Origin: an uncultured Actinomycetes bacterium
Lineage (GTDB): Bacteria > Actinomycetota > Actinomycetes > Streptosporangiales > Streptosporangiaceae
Direction of reading: 5' to 3'
Length of the DNA: 64,000 nucleotides
Assembly: GCA_963787645.1 (NCBI GenBank)
Contig: CAWBDS010000005.1
Span: forward strand, 56,749-120,748
Translations under genes and position numbers: made by a program
The notes under the pieces: generated by a model
The model's input: only the letters and a program-made list of their open reading frames with translations
Database searches by the model: none
What the model was told of the DNA's origin: nothing
Shown here: piece after piece, positions 38,164-46,500 of the stretch
How the letters are laid out: every line of letters starts with the position of its first letter
How positions within the stretch are numbered: position 1 is the stretch's first letter

Positions 38164-39124
38164 GCCCAGGTCGGCCGAAGCCGAGTTGGCGGCGCCCGGA
38201 TTCAGCGCGGGCGTCGGCTCGGCGATCGCCCATCACGGCGAGTTGCTCCAGGGTGTGTTCGATGACGGCGCGGGTCGGCTGCGCCGCGCGCTGGTGACGA
38301 TGCCGCTGCCCGGCCGGGGCAGCCGGGCGGTGTTCTACCCGAGCCAGAGCCACTGGGGCGTGGTGGGGCCGGCCGGGCTGACCAAGGCCAGGCGCGCGGC
38401 CATCTACGCGCTGCGTGAGTTCTCCGGGCACCCGTCGCCGGCCAAGGGCGGCCGGGTGGAGATCACCAGCAGCGTCCCGCACGGTATCGGCATGGGCTCC
38501 TCGACCAGCGACGTCGCCGCGGTCATCCGGGCGGTGGCCGACTATCACGGCGTGACCCTGTCCCGGGAGGAGGTCGGCCGGCTCGCGGTGCTGGCCGAGG
38601 TAGCCGCGGACTCAGTGATGATCGACGACCGCGTGGTCCTGTTCGCCCACCGGGACGGGCTGGTGCTCGAGACGTTCGGGCACCAGCTGCCACCCATGGT
38701 CGTGGTCGGCTGTGACACGGCGCCCGGCCAGGTCGTCGAGACGCTGGGCCTGCCGCCCGCCGACTACAGCGACAAGGAGGCCGGGGAGTTCCAGGTGCTG
38801 CGCGGAGCGCTGCGCCGGGCCATCGCCACGGAGGACGTCGCCCTGCTCGGCAAGGTCGCGACGGCCAGCGCGCGGATCAACCAGCGCTACCTGCCCAAGC
38901 CGGGCCTGGAGGCGCTGATCGAGCTGTGCGTGCGGCATGGCGGCGCCGGCCTGCAGATCGCCCACAGCGGCACCGTGGCCGGGCTGATCTTCGACGCCCG
39001 GCACCCGCGCATGGGCATCGAGGGCTGCGTGCTGCGGATCAAGGAGCTCGGGTTCGAGGTGACCGATGTCATCGAGCCCGCGCACGCCCCGGCGCTGCGC
39101 GCGGCGCACCGCACGGCCTCATGA
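38144..39124 (+). CDS. GHMP-family kinase, PduX (L-threonine kinase)-like
   Basis: HHGELLQG, SSVPHGIGMGSSTSDVAA (GHMP motif II), LPKPGLEALIEL......GLQIAHSGTVAGLIFD; colinear with Salmonella PduX as I recall it. Confidence 0.8.
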   Translation: MSTRLGEPRSAEAELAAPGFSAGVGSAIAHHGELLQGVFDDGAGRLRRALVTMPLPGRGSRAVFYPSQSHWGVVGPAGLTKARRAAIYALREFSGHPSPAKGGRVEITSSVPHGIGMGSSTSDVAAVIRAVADYHGVTLSREEVGRLAVLAEVAADSVMIDDRVVLFAHRDGLVLETFGHQLPPMVVVGCDTAPGQVVETLGLPPADYSDKEAGEFQVLRGALRRAIATEDVALLGKVATASARINQRYLPKPGLEALIELCVRHGGAGLQIAHSGTVAGLIFDARHPRMGIEGCVLRIKELGFEVTDVIEPAHAPALRAAHRTAS

Positions 39125-40191
39125 GCGTCCGCGGCAGCTTTGCCGAGGCGACCGACGCCTATCAGCTGCCCAGGCTTATCCGGCTCGGCCCGAATCTGTA
39201 CGCGGCCTGCTTCACGCTGATGAAGATGGTTCCCGCCCGGTTCATCCTGCGCCGGGCCGCGGAGCGGGGAATGCTGGAGCCCGGGACCGTCATCGTCGAG
39301 ACGACCTCGGGCACCTTTGGCCTGGCGCTGGCCATGCAGGCCGTGCACATGGACCGCCAGCTGATCCTGGTCGGCGATCCCGTCATCGACGAGCGCCTGT
39401 ACCGCAGGCTGACCGACCTCGGCACCGTCGTCGAACGGGTCAGCGCGGAGGCGGGCCGGATACCCGGCGGGTACCAGGCCGCCCGGCTGCAGCGGCTCGA
39501 GGCCATCATGGCCGATCTCGACGCCGCCTTCTGCCCCTGGCAGTACTCGAACCCGGATAACCCGCGCGCCTATGCCACGGTGGCCGAATACTTCCTGGAG
39601 TGCCTCGGCCAGGTCGACTGCATCGTCGGGCCGGTGGGGTCGGGCGGCTCGATGTGCGGGACTGTCACCCACGTCCGGGCGCTGCTGCCCGAATGCCGCG
39701 CCGTCGGCGTCGACAGCCATTCCAGCGTGCTGTTCGGCCATCCCGATGGTCCCCGCGAGCTGCGCGGCATGGGCATGAGCCTGATGCCGGACAACCTGGA
39801 TCACCGGGTCTTCGACCAGGTGCACTGGACCGCTCCCGCGCCTGCCTACCAGGCGACCCGCCAGCTGCACCAGCGGCACGCCCTGTTCATGGGGCCGTCG
39901 AGCGGCGCGGCCTACCTGGCCGCGCGCTGGTGGGCCGGCGCGAATCCGGACGCCCTGACCGTCGTGATGATGCCGGACGAGGGATACCGCTACCAGGACA
40001 CCGTTTACGACGACGCCTGGCTGGCCGGCCGCGGCCACCTGGATGAGCCGCTGCCCGCCGAGCCCGTCATGGTCTCAGATCCGGCCCGGCCGGCCGGCTC
40101 CTGGATGGCGTTCGACTGGGCCAGGCGCTCTTACGCCGACGCCATGTCGCGGCCGCTATCGTCGGCGGCCGCCGACGGTGAGCCGTCGTGA
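39121..40191 (+). CDS. Fold-type II PLP-dependent enzyme (cysteine synthase/CBS/SbnA-like family)
   Basis: ETTSGTFGLALA, GPVGSGGSMCG (phosphate-binding loop), GPSSGAAY. ATGA overlap with the kinase stop. Confidence 0.8.
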   Translation: MSVRGSFAEATDAYQLPRLIRLGPNLYAACFTLMKMVPARFILRRAAERGMLEPGTVIVETTSGTFGLALAMQAVHMDRQLILVGDPVIDERLYRRLTDLGTVVERVSAEAGRIPGGYQAARLQRLEAIMADLDAAFCPWQYSNPDNPRAYATVAEYFLECLGQVDCIVGPVGSGGSMCGTVTHVRALLPECRAVGVDSHSSVLFGHPDGPRELRGMGMSLMPDNLDHRVFDQVHWTAPAPAYQATRQLHQRHALFMGPSSGAAYLAARWWAGANPDALTVVMMPDEGYRYQDTVYDDAWLAGRGHLDEPLPAEPVMVSDPARPAGSWMAFDWARRSYADAMSRPLSSAAADGEPS

Positions 40192-41639
40192 CCGGGACCG
40201 GCCGCCTGACCGGTGAACTCGGCCTGCGTACCCGCCGGGTGGTGTACGGCGAGCCGACCCAGGCCGAGCTGGCGGCCGAGCTCGCGCTGATGATCCGCGT
40301 CGACCAGGCCCACCTGGTCATGCTGGCCGAGCAGCAGCTGATCCAGCCAGCGTCCGCGGCCTGCCTGCTAGCCTGCATGGACGAGCTGGCCGCCGGGCAG
40401 TTCAGCGCGCTGCGATCACGGCCCGCGCCGCGCGGGCTCTACCTGTGCTACGAGGGCTACCTGATCGAGCGGCTGGGCCCGGACATCGGCGGGGTGCTGC
40501 ATTCCGGCCGGTCCCGCAACGACCTGAAGGCCACCATCACGGCGCTGCGGCTGCGCGACTGGCTGCTGGAATTCGCCGGTCAGGCGGTCCGGCTCGAGGC
40601 CATCTTGCTGTCCCGCGCGCGGGCCCACGCGGGCGTGGTCATGCCCGCCTACACCCACTTCCAGGCCGCGATGCCGATCAGCTACGGCTACTACCTGCTC
40701 GGCGTGGCCACCGCGGTGGGCCGCGAGATCGACGCGCTCGCCTCGGCCAGTTCCGGGCTGGCGCGGTGTCCGCTCGGCGCGGGCGCGGTGGCCGGCACCG
40801 ATCTGCCCATCAACCCGGAGCGAACCGCGCGGCTGCTCGGCTTCACCGCCGCTACCCGGCACGCGCTTGATGCCGTGGCCAGCCGGGACGTGCCGCTGCG
40901 GCTGCTGGCCTGCGCCGCCAGCCTGGCTGTCGTGCTGAGCAGGTTCGGCACCGACCTGCAGCTGTGGAGCACCGCCGAGTTCGGCTTCATCGACTTTCCC
41001 GACCGCCTGGTGGGCGGCAGCTCGGCCATGCCGCAGAAGCGCAACGCCTTCCTGCTCGAGCACGTCAAGGCGAAGGCAGGCCACGTCACCGGTGCCTGGG
41101 CGGCCGCGGCCGGCATGATGACGGCGGCGCCGTTCACCAACTCGATCGAGGTGGGCACCGAGGCCATGGCCGCCGTCTGGCCCGGGCTGGGCGCCGCCAT
41201 GGACTCCGTCCTGCTCACCCAGGTGCTGGTCAGCGGGGCGAGGCCGGTGCCCGACCGGATGCGGCAGCGGGCAGCCGAGGCGTTCACCGCAGCCACCTGG
41301 CTGGCCAACCGCCTGGTGCGGCAGGGTGTCCCGTTCCGCACCGCCCACCACATGGTGGGCGACGCGGTCCGCCAGGCGGTGGCGGCAGGCTCGACCCAGC
41401 TGGCCGACTTCGGCCCGCCGGGCTGGCTGGACGGGATCGACGAGGCGCGCCTCGACCTCGCGGACTTGGTGCGCGTGCACTCGGCCGGCGGCGGCCCCGG
41501 CGCGTTCACCGGGGCGTTCGCCGATAGCCAGTGCCGGTGGACGGCGCACCGGGACTGGGTCTCCGGCCAGCAGCAGGCCACGCGCGAAGCCGGCGCCGCG
41601 CTCGCCGCGGCGGCCGGACGGCTGAAGGACCGCGGATGA
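40188..41639 (+). CDS. Argininosuccinate-lyase-like enzyme (fumarase/aspartase superfamily)
   Basis: SGRSRNDL, THFQAAMP and the signature GSSAMPQKRN. GTGA overlap with the upstream stop. Confidence 0.85.
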   Translation: MTGTGRLTGELGLRTRRVVYGEPTQAELAAELALMIRVDQAHLVMLAEQQLIQPASAACLLACMDELAAGQFSALRSRPAPRGLYLCYEGYLIERLGPDIGGVLHSGRSRNDLKATITALRLRDWLLEFAGQAVRLEAILLSRARAHAGVVMPAYTHFQAAMPISYGYYLLGVATAVGREIDALASASSGLARCPLGAGAVAGTDLPINPERTARLLGFTAATRHALDAVASRDVPLRLLACAASLAVVLSRFGTDLQLWSTAEFGFIDFPDRLVGGSSAMPQKRNAFLLEHVKAKAGHVTGAWAAAAGMMTAAPFTNSIEVGTEAMAAVWPGLGAAMDSVLLTQVLVSGARPVPDRMRQRAAEAFTAATWLANRLVRQGVPFRTAHHMVGDAVRQAVAAGSTQLADFGPPGWLDGIDEARLDLADLVRVHSAGGGPGAFTGAFADSQCRWTAHRDWVSGQQQATREAGAALAAAAGRLKDRG

Positions 41640-42868
41640 GCGGTGCGTGGCTGGTGCTCGTGGAAAGCAACACCACCGGGTCCGGACGGCTGTTCTGCGA
41701 CTGCGCCCGGCGCCTCGGCCTGCGGCCGGTGCTGATCGCCCGTGACCCGGCGCGCTACCCCTACGTGGCGGCTGACCAGGTGGAGCACCGGGTAGCCGAC
41801 ACCGCCTCCGCGGCGGCCGTGCTGGCCGCCTGCCGCGGCCTGGGCGGCGTGGTCGCCGGTGTCACCAGCAGCTCGGAGTACTTCATCGCCACCGCCGCCG
41901 AAGTGGCCCGCTCCCTCGGACTGCCTCACCCGGCGCCGGATGCGGTCCGGGCCTGCCGCGACAAGCACGCCCAGCGCATCACCTTGAGCGCCGCGGGCGT
42001 ACCCTGCCCGCCGTTCGCGGCCGCCCGCTCACCGGAGGAGGCCGCGGCGGCGGCCGCGCGGGTCGGATACCCGGTCGTGGTCAAGCCGGCCTCCGGCACC
42101 GGGTCGATCGCGGTGCGCCTGTGCCACGACAGCGCCCAGGTCCGGGCCGCGGCCGCCCATGCCTTCGCGGCGCCGGATCCCGCGCTCCCGCGGCAGGAGA
42201 CCGTCTTGGTCGAGGGTTACCTGACCGGCACCGAGTACTCGACCGAGCTGATCGACGACCAGGTGGTCGGGGTCACCAGGAAGCTGCTCGGCCGCGAGCC
42301 GTACTTCGTCGAGACCGGCCACGACTTCCCCGCTCCGCTGCCCGGAGCCACGCGCGCGGCCCTGAGCCGGTTGGCGGTGGCCGCGGTACGCGCCCTCGGC
42401 CTGGGCTGGGGCGGCGCCCATGTCGAGCTCCGCTACTCCGCCGCCGGGGTCCCGTGCGTGGTCGAGGTCAACCCCAGGCTGGCCGGTGGCATGATCCCGC
42501 GCGCGGTCCAGGAGGCGACCGGCGTCGACATGATCTTCCACGTGGTGGCGGCCGCGGCGGCCCGGCCGGAACCGCTGCGGCCCCGGCCGGGCCGGGCCGC
42601 GTCGATCCGCTTCCTGGTGGCCGGCCAGGAGGGCACGCTGACCGGGATCCGCGGCACGGCCGAGGCCCGGCGGGTGCCGGGTGTCGTCGAGGTGGGCATC
42701 ACCGCCCAGGTCGGCCAGCACGTGGTGCCGCGCCACTCGTTCCGGGACAGGCTCGGTTACGTGATCGCGGCCACGGACGACGGCGAGCAGGCCGCGCGGT
42801 CGGCCGAGGCGGCCCTGGCCCTGCTGGCTGCCCAGATCACCCCGGTCACGGCGGGAATGCCGTCATGA
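41636..42868 (+). CDS. ATP-grasp ligase 4
   Basis: RDKHAQR, GYPVVVKP, EGYL.G.EYS.E, EVNPRLAGG. ATGA overlap with the lyase stop. Confidence 0.85.
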   Translation: MSGAWLVLVESNTTGSGRLFCDCARRLGLRPVLIARDPARYPYVAADQVEHRVADTASAAAVLAACRGLGGVVAGVTSSSEYFIATAAEVARSLGLPHPAPDAVRACRDKHAQRITLSAAGVPCPPFAAARSPEEAAAAAARVGYPVVVKPASGTGSIAVRLCHDSAQVRAAAAHAFAAPDPALPRQETVLVEGYLTGTEYSTELIDDQVVGVTRKLLGREPYFVETGHDFPAPLPGATRAALSRLAVAAVRALGLGWGGAHVELRYSAAGVPCVVEVNPRLAGGMIPRAVQEATGVDMIFHVVAAAAARPEPLRPRPGRAASIRFLVAGQEGTLTGIRGTAEARRVPGVVEVGITAQVGQHVVPRHSFRDRLGYVIAATDDGEQAARSAEAALALLAAQITPVTAGMPS

Positions 42869-44697
42869 CCAGATCGGTGGCGATCATCGGACTCGGCTCG
42901 CGCGGGCTCGGCGTGCTGGAGCGGATCGCAGCGCTGGCCGGCCCCGGCGAGGTCACGGTCAAGGTCATCGACCCGGCCTGCACGGGCGCGGGCGTGCACG
43001 ACACCGCCCAGCCCGACTATCTGTTGCTCAACACCACCTGCAGTCAGGTTTCGATGTTCCCCGACCGGCTCAGCGTGGGCTCGGGCCCCGCGGCCCGCGG
43101 CCCGAGCCTGCACGAGTGGGCGGCCTCCCGCGGCCTGCGCCTGGCGCCCGACGGATTCACCGTCGGCACGGAAGGCCGGGACCTGCGGCCCACCGACTTC
43201 CTGCCCCGGCGGCTGCTCGGCGAGTACCTGTCCTGGTGCTTCGGGCAGCTCCGCGGCACGCTGCCTGGCCGGCTGGTCACGCACCGGGCCGAGGCGGTCG
43301 ATATCTCCTCCGCTGACGGCGGCGGGCTGCGCATCGCTCTGGCCGACGGCACCAGCGTGGCCGCCGACTTCGCGTTCCTGACCACGGGCTACACCGGCAA
43401 CGCGAACCCGCAGGCCGACGGCCTCATCGGCGGGCCCTACCCGCTGCCGGGGCGGCTCGCGGCGATCGGGCCCGGGCAAACGGCGGCCATCGGCGGCTTT
43501 GGGCTGTCAGCGATGGACATCATCTCCTGTCTGACCGTGGGCCGTGGCGGCAGGTTCCGCCGGGACCAGGGCGACGTCGAGTACCTCCCGGGCGGCGGCG
43601 AGCCGACGGTCCTGCTGTACTCGAGGTCGGGTATCCCGTGCCGCGCCCGCCCGCTGGTCACCCGGCTCGAGATCAGCTATGACGCCCTGGTGTTCACCCC
43701 GGCCGCGGTCGACGAGCTGCGGGAGCAGCGTGGCGGCCCGCACTGCCCGCTCGACTTCGAGGCCGACGTCATGCCGCTGATCCTGATCGAGATGCGGATC
43801 GCCTACCGCCGCTGCCAGGCCCGGTGCACCGGCCCCGAGGCCGAGCAGGCCTTGGTAGCCGAGCTGCGGGGTGCGCCCGCGGCGGCCGTGGCCGCCCGGC
43901 TCGACGAGCTCGACGCGCGGGCTGGCCGGTTCGACGCTGCCGCGGCCTTCGCCGGCGCCGCCGGCCTCAGGCTGGACGACGGTGCTGCCTACCAGCGCTG
44001 GTTCGCCGATACGCTGCGCCGCGACCTCGGCGAGGGCGTGGTCGGTCTGGCCTGGAGCCCGGTCAAGGCCGCGCTGGACATCCTGCGGGAGGCGCGCGAC
44101 ACGGTCCGGTACGTCGCCGACTTCGGCGGGCTGACCGAATCCTCCGCGCACGACTTTTACCGGCGCATCGTGCCGCTGATGAACCGCGCCGTGGTGGGGC
44201 CGCAGTACGAGAGGCACGCCGAGTTGCTCGCGCTGATGGCTGCCGGGCTGGTCCAGGTCCCGTTCGGCCCCGCGCCCGCCATCGGCTGGAACGGCCGGTG
44301 CTGGACGCTCCGGTCCACCAGGCTCGGCCGACCCGAGCGACGCGAGGCCGACTGGCTGGTACCGGCGCAGGTCCCGCTGCCCGGCGTGGACTGCTCGGCC
44401 AGCCCGCTGCTGGCCACGCTGGCCCGCAAGGGATGGATCAGGCCGTCCCGGCCCGGCAGCCGCCTGGTCCCCGGCATCGACGTGGACCGCGACCAGCATC
44501 CGCTGGACGCGGCCGGCCGGCCGAATCGGCGGATCTGGGTCCTCGGCCCGCTGTGCGAGGGCGCGACGTTCTACAACAACCTGGTCCCCTCGCCCGGCGT
44601 GTACTCGCGCCCGGTCGCCGACGCGCACCGGTGCGCCGCCGCAATGCTCGCGGCCCACGTGCCCGCCGACAGCATCCCGGCCGGCTCTCAGGGCTGA
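42865..44697 (+). CDS. FAD/NAD(P)-binding protein (YdhS-like, PF13454-type oxidoreductase)
   Basis: N-terminal VAIIGLGSRGLGVLERI dinucleotide fold and a second GFGLSAMD site; about 610 aa. ATGA overlap with the ATP-grasp 4 stop. Confidence 0.75.
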   Translation: MTRSVAIIGLGSRGLGVLERIAALAGPGEVTVKVIDPACTGAGVHDTAQPDYLLLNTTCSQVSMFPDRLSVGSGPAARGPSLHEWAASRGLRLAPDGFTVGTEGRDLRPTDFLPRRLLGEYLSWCFGQLRGTLPGRLVTHRAEAVDISSADGGGLRIALADGTSVAADFAFLTTGYTGNANPQADGLIGGPYPLPGRLAAIGPGQTAAIGGFGLSAMDIISCLTVGRGGRFRRDQGDVEYLPGGGEPTVLLYSRSGIPCRARPLVTRLEISYDALVFTPAAVDELREQRGGPHCPLDFEADVMPLILIEMRIAYRRCQARCTGPEAEQALVAELRGAPAAAVAARLDELDARAGRFDAAAAFAGAAGLRLDDGAAYQRWFADTLRRDLGEGVVGLAWSPVKAALDILREARDTVRYVADFGGLTESSAHDFYRRIVPLMNRAVVGPQYERHAELLALMAAGLVQVPFGPAPAIGWNGRCWTLRSTRLGRPERREADWLVPAQVPLPGVDCSASPLLATLARKGWIRPSRPGSRLVPGIDVDRDQHPLDAAGRPNRRIWVLGPLCEGATFYNNLVPSPGVYSRPVADAHRCAAAMLAAHVPADSIPAGSQG

Positions 44698-44760
44698 TCG
44701 GGACCCTTGATGCCCTGGCTCTCCAGGTAGCGGGCCGCGATGGTCTTCGGCTCGCTGGCC
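44698..44760 (-). pseudogene. Internally deleted 3' remnant of a YjbR/MmcQ-family gene
   Basis: Minus-strand reading ASEPKTIAARYLESQGIKGPDQP* parallels the C-terminus VVPKTIAARYLESHGIDPG* of 46501..46860. A 43-nt stretch matches 46,51x-46,55x with 2 mismatches. Confidence 0.5.
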
Positions 44761-44775
44761 CCGAGCGACGGACCG

Positions 44776-46404
44776 TCAGCCCACGTCGGCGGTGGCCAGC
44801 GTGTCGGCCAGGTCGGCCAGGCCGATCGGGCCCAGGCTCAGCGCGGCGGTGTGCCAGCGCTTCAGGTCGAAGCCCGGACGCCGCATCGCCTCGGCCCGGG
44901 CCGCCAGCCAGCCGCGCTCGCCGAGCTTGTACGAGATGGCCTGGGCCGGCCAGCCGAAGTAGCGGACCACCTCGCCCTGGATCCGGCGCGGTTCGCTGGG
45001 GCGCGCCGTGCGGAGCACCTCACAGGCCCGCTCGAAGGTCCACCGGGAGCCGTCGGGCAGGGGCAGGTCCAGGTGAACGCCGATGTCGATGACCACCCGC
45101 GCGGCGCGGAACGCCGACGCGCCGAGCATGCCCAGCCGGGTGCCCGGCTCGGTGAACCAGCCCAGCTCGTCGGCGAGGCGCTCGGCGTACAGGCCCCAGC
45201 CTTCACAGTGCCCGCTGACGAAGCCGGACTTCGCGAACCGCGACAGCCCGTCCCCGGCGGTCTTGGCCGCGCCGATCTGCAGGTGGTGACCGGGCACCCC
45301 CTCGTGGAAGACCGTCGTCAGCGCGGCCCAGGTCGGGAACCGGCCCCGGGGGTCCCGGCCGCCCAGCGGCCACCAGGTGCGTCCGGGCCGGGTCAGGTCC
45401 TCGCTGGGCCCGGTGTAGTAGGCGGCGCCGGACGTCGAGCCGCGGGCCGGGACCACTTCGATCGTGCGCAGCGGGGCGGGGATGTCGAAGTGCACGCCGT
45501 CCAGCTGCTCGATGGCCTGGTCGTGCCGGTCCTGGAGCCAGGCCAGGTACACGTCCTCACCGGTCACATAGGCGGACTCGTCGAGGATGGCGGTCGCCTC
45601 GGCCACGCTCGCGCCCGACCTGATGCCGTCCGCTTCGGTCGCCATCTCGGCCTCGATCCGCCGCAGCTCGTGCCAGCCCCAGTCGTAGGCATCCTCGAAG
45701 TCGATGTCCGCGCCCAGGCTGAGCCGGGCCGCGACCGCGTAGCGCTCGGCGCCGACCGCGTCCACCTCGGTGGCCCGCGGCGCGTAGTCCTCACGCAGGT
45801 AGCGGGCCATCTCCGTGTACCCCCCGTAGGCCTTCGCGGCGGCCGTCGCGAGCTCGGCCGCCAGCGGGCCGTCGCCGTACGAGGCGACCAGGGCGTCGTG
45901 GCTTCCCACGCAGTGATCGGCGCCCACGGCGCCCTGTACCGCTTGCCGGCGCGCCGCGGCCAGGCCCCGGTCCAGCCCGGTGTCCAGGCTGGCCCGCCAG
46001 CTGGCGAACATGACGGGGATCGCGGCCAGGCGCGCCGCGATGTTCCGCCAGGCGTCGTCGCCGTCACGCGGCAGCAGGTCCACACTGCCCCTGACCAGGC
46101 TGATCAGGCCGAGCGGCGCCCGTACCAGCCGGAGCGGCTCGTCCAGCTGATGCCAGGCCAGCTGAGCCTCGAGCCGCTCCCGCAGGAACCCGGCGGCCAG
46201 CCGGTCGGCATCCGAGGTCGTGTCCATCGTCTCGAGCGCGGCCAGGGTGGCGGTGATGAGGTCGGCCCGTGCGGCGAAACCATCAGGGCTGTAGTCGGTG
46301 GCAACACCGAAGACGCCGGTGACGCCTTCCACATCTGCGGCGAGCGGATCCAGCGCCGCCCACCGCGTCACGTAGTCATCACAGAGCCCGAAAACTGGCG
46401 TCAT
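44776..46404 (-). CDS. DUF885 family (metallopeptidase-like) protein
   Basis: HEGVPGHHLQ, GW.LY.E.L, VRYF.WP.QA.SYK.G are typical of DUF885. Start at ATG 46404. Confidence 0.8.
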   Translation of the reverse strand: MTPVFGLCDDYVTRWAALDPLAADVEGVTGVFGVATDYSPDGFAARADLITATLAALETMDTTSDADRLAAGFLRERLEAQLAWHQLDEPLRLVRAPLGLISLVRGSVDLLPRDGDDAWRNIAARLAAIPVMFASWRASLDTGLDRGLAAARRQAVQGAVGADHCVGSHDALVASYGDGPLAAELATAAAKAYGGYTEMARYLREDYAPRATEVDAVGAERYAVAARLSLGADIDFEDAYDWGWHELRRIEAEMATEADGIRSGASVAEATAILDESAYVTGEDVYLAWLQDRHDQAIEQLDGVHFDIPAPLRTIEVVPARGSTSGAAYYTGPSEDLTRPGRTWWPLGGRDPRGRFPTWAALTTVFHEGVPGHHLQIGAAKTAGDGLSRFAKSGFVSGHCEGWGLYAERLADELGWFTEPGTRLGMLGASAFRAARVVIDIGVHLDLPLPDGSRWTFERACEVLRTARPSEPRRIQGEVVRYFGWPAQAISYKLGERGWLAARAEAMRRPGFDLKRWHTAALSLGPIGLADLADTLATADVG

Positions 46405-46500
46405 TCCGCCACGATACGGCACCGAAGGCGGGCCTTCCGCGGTCACACTCGGAATCGGGTGCCGGTGACATTTTCCGCGATACCGCCGGCGGCGGACCGC

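Noticed and set aside
23864-44697. Biosynthetic cluster as a mobile genomic island.
   Set aside because: No integrase, transposase, tRNA or clear flanking direct repeats of an att type were seen. Only the YjbR remnant at the right edge hints at rearrangement.
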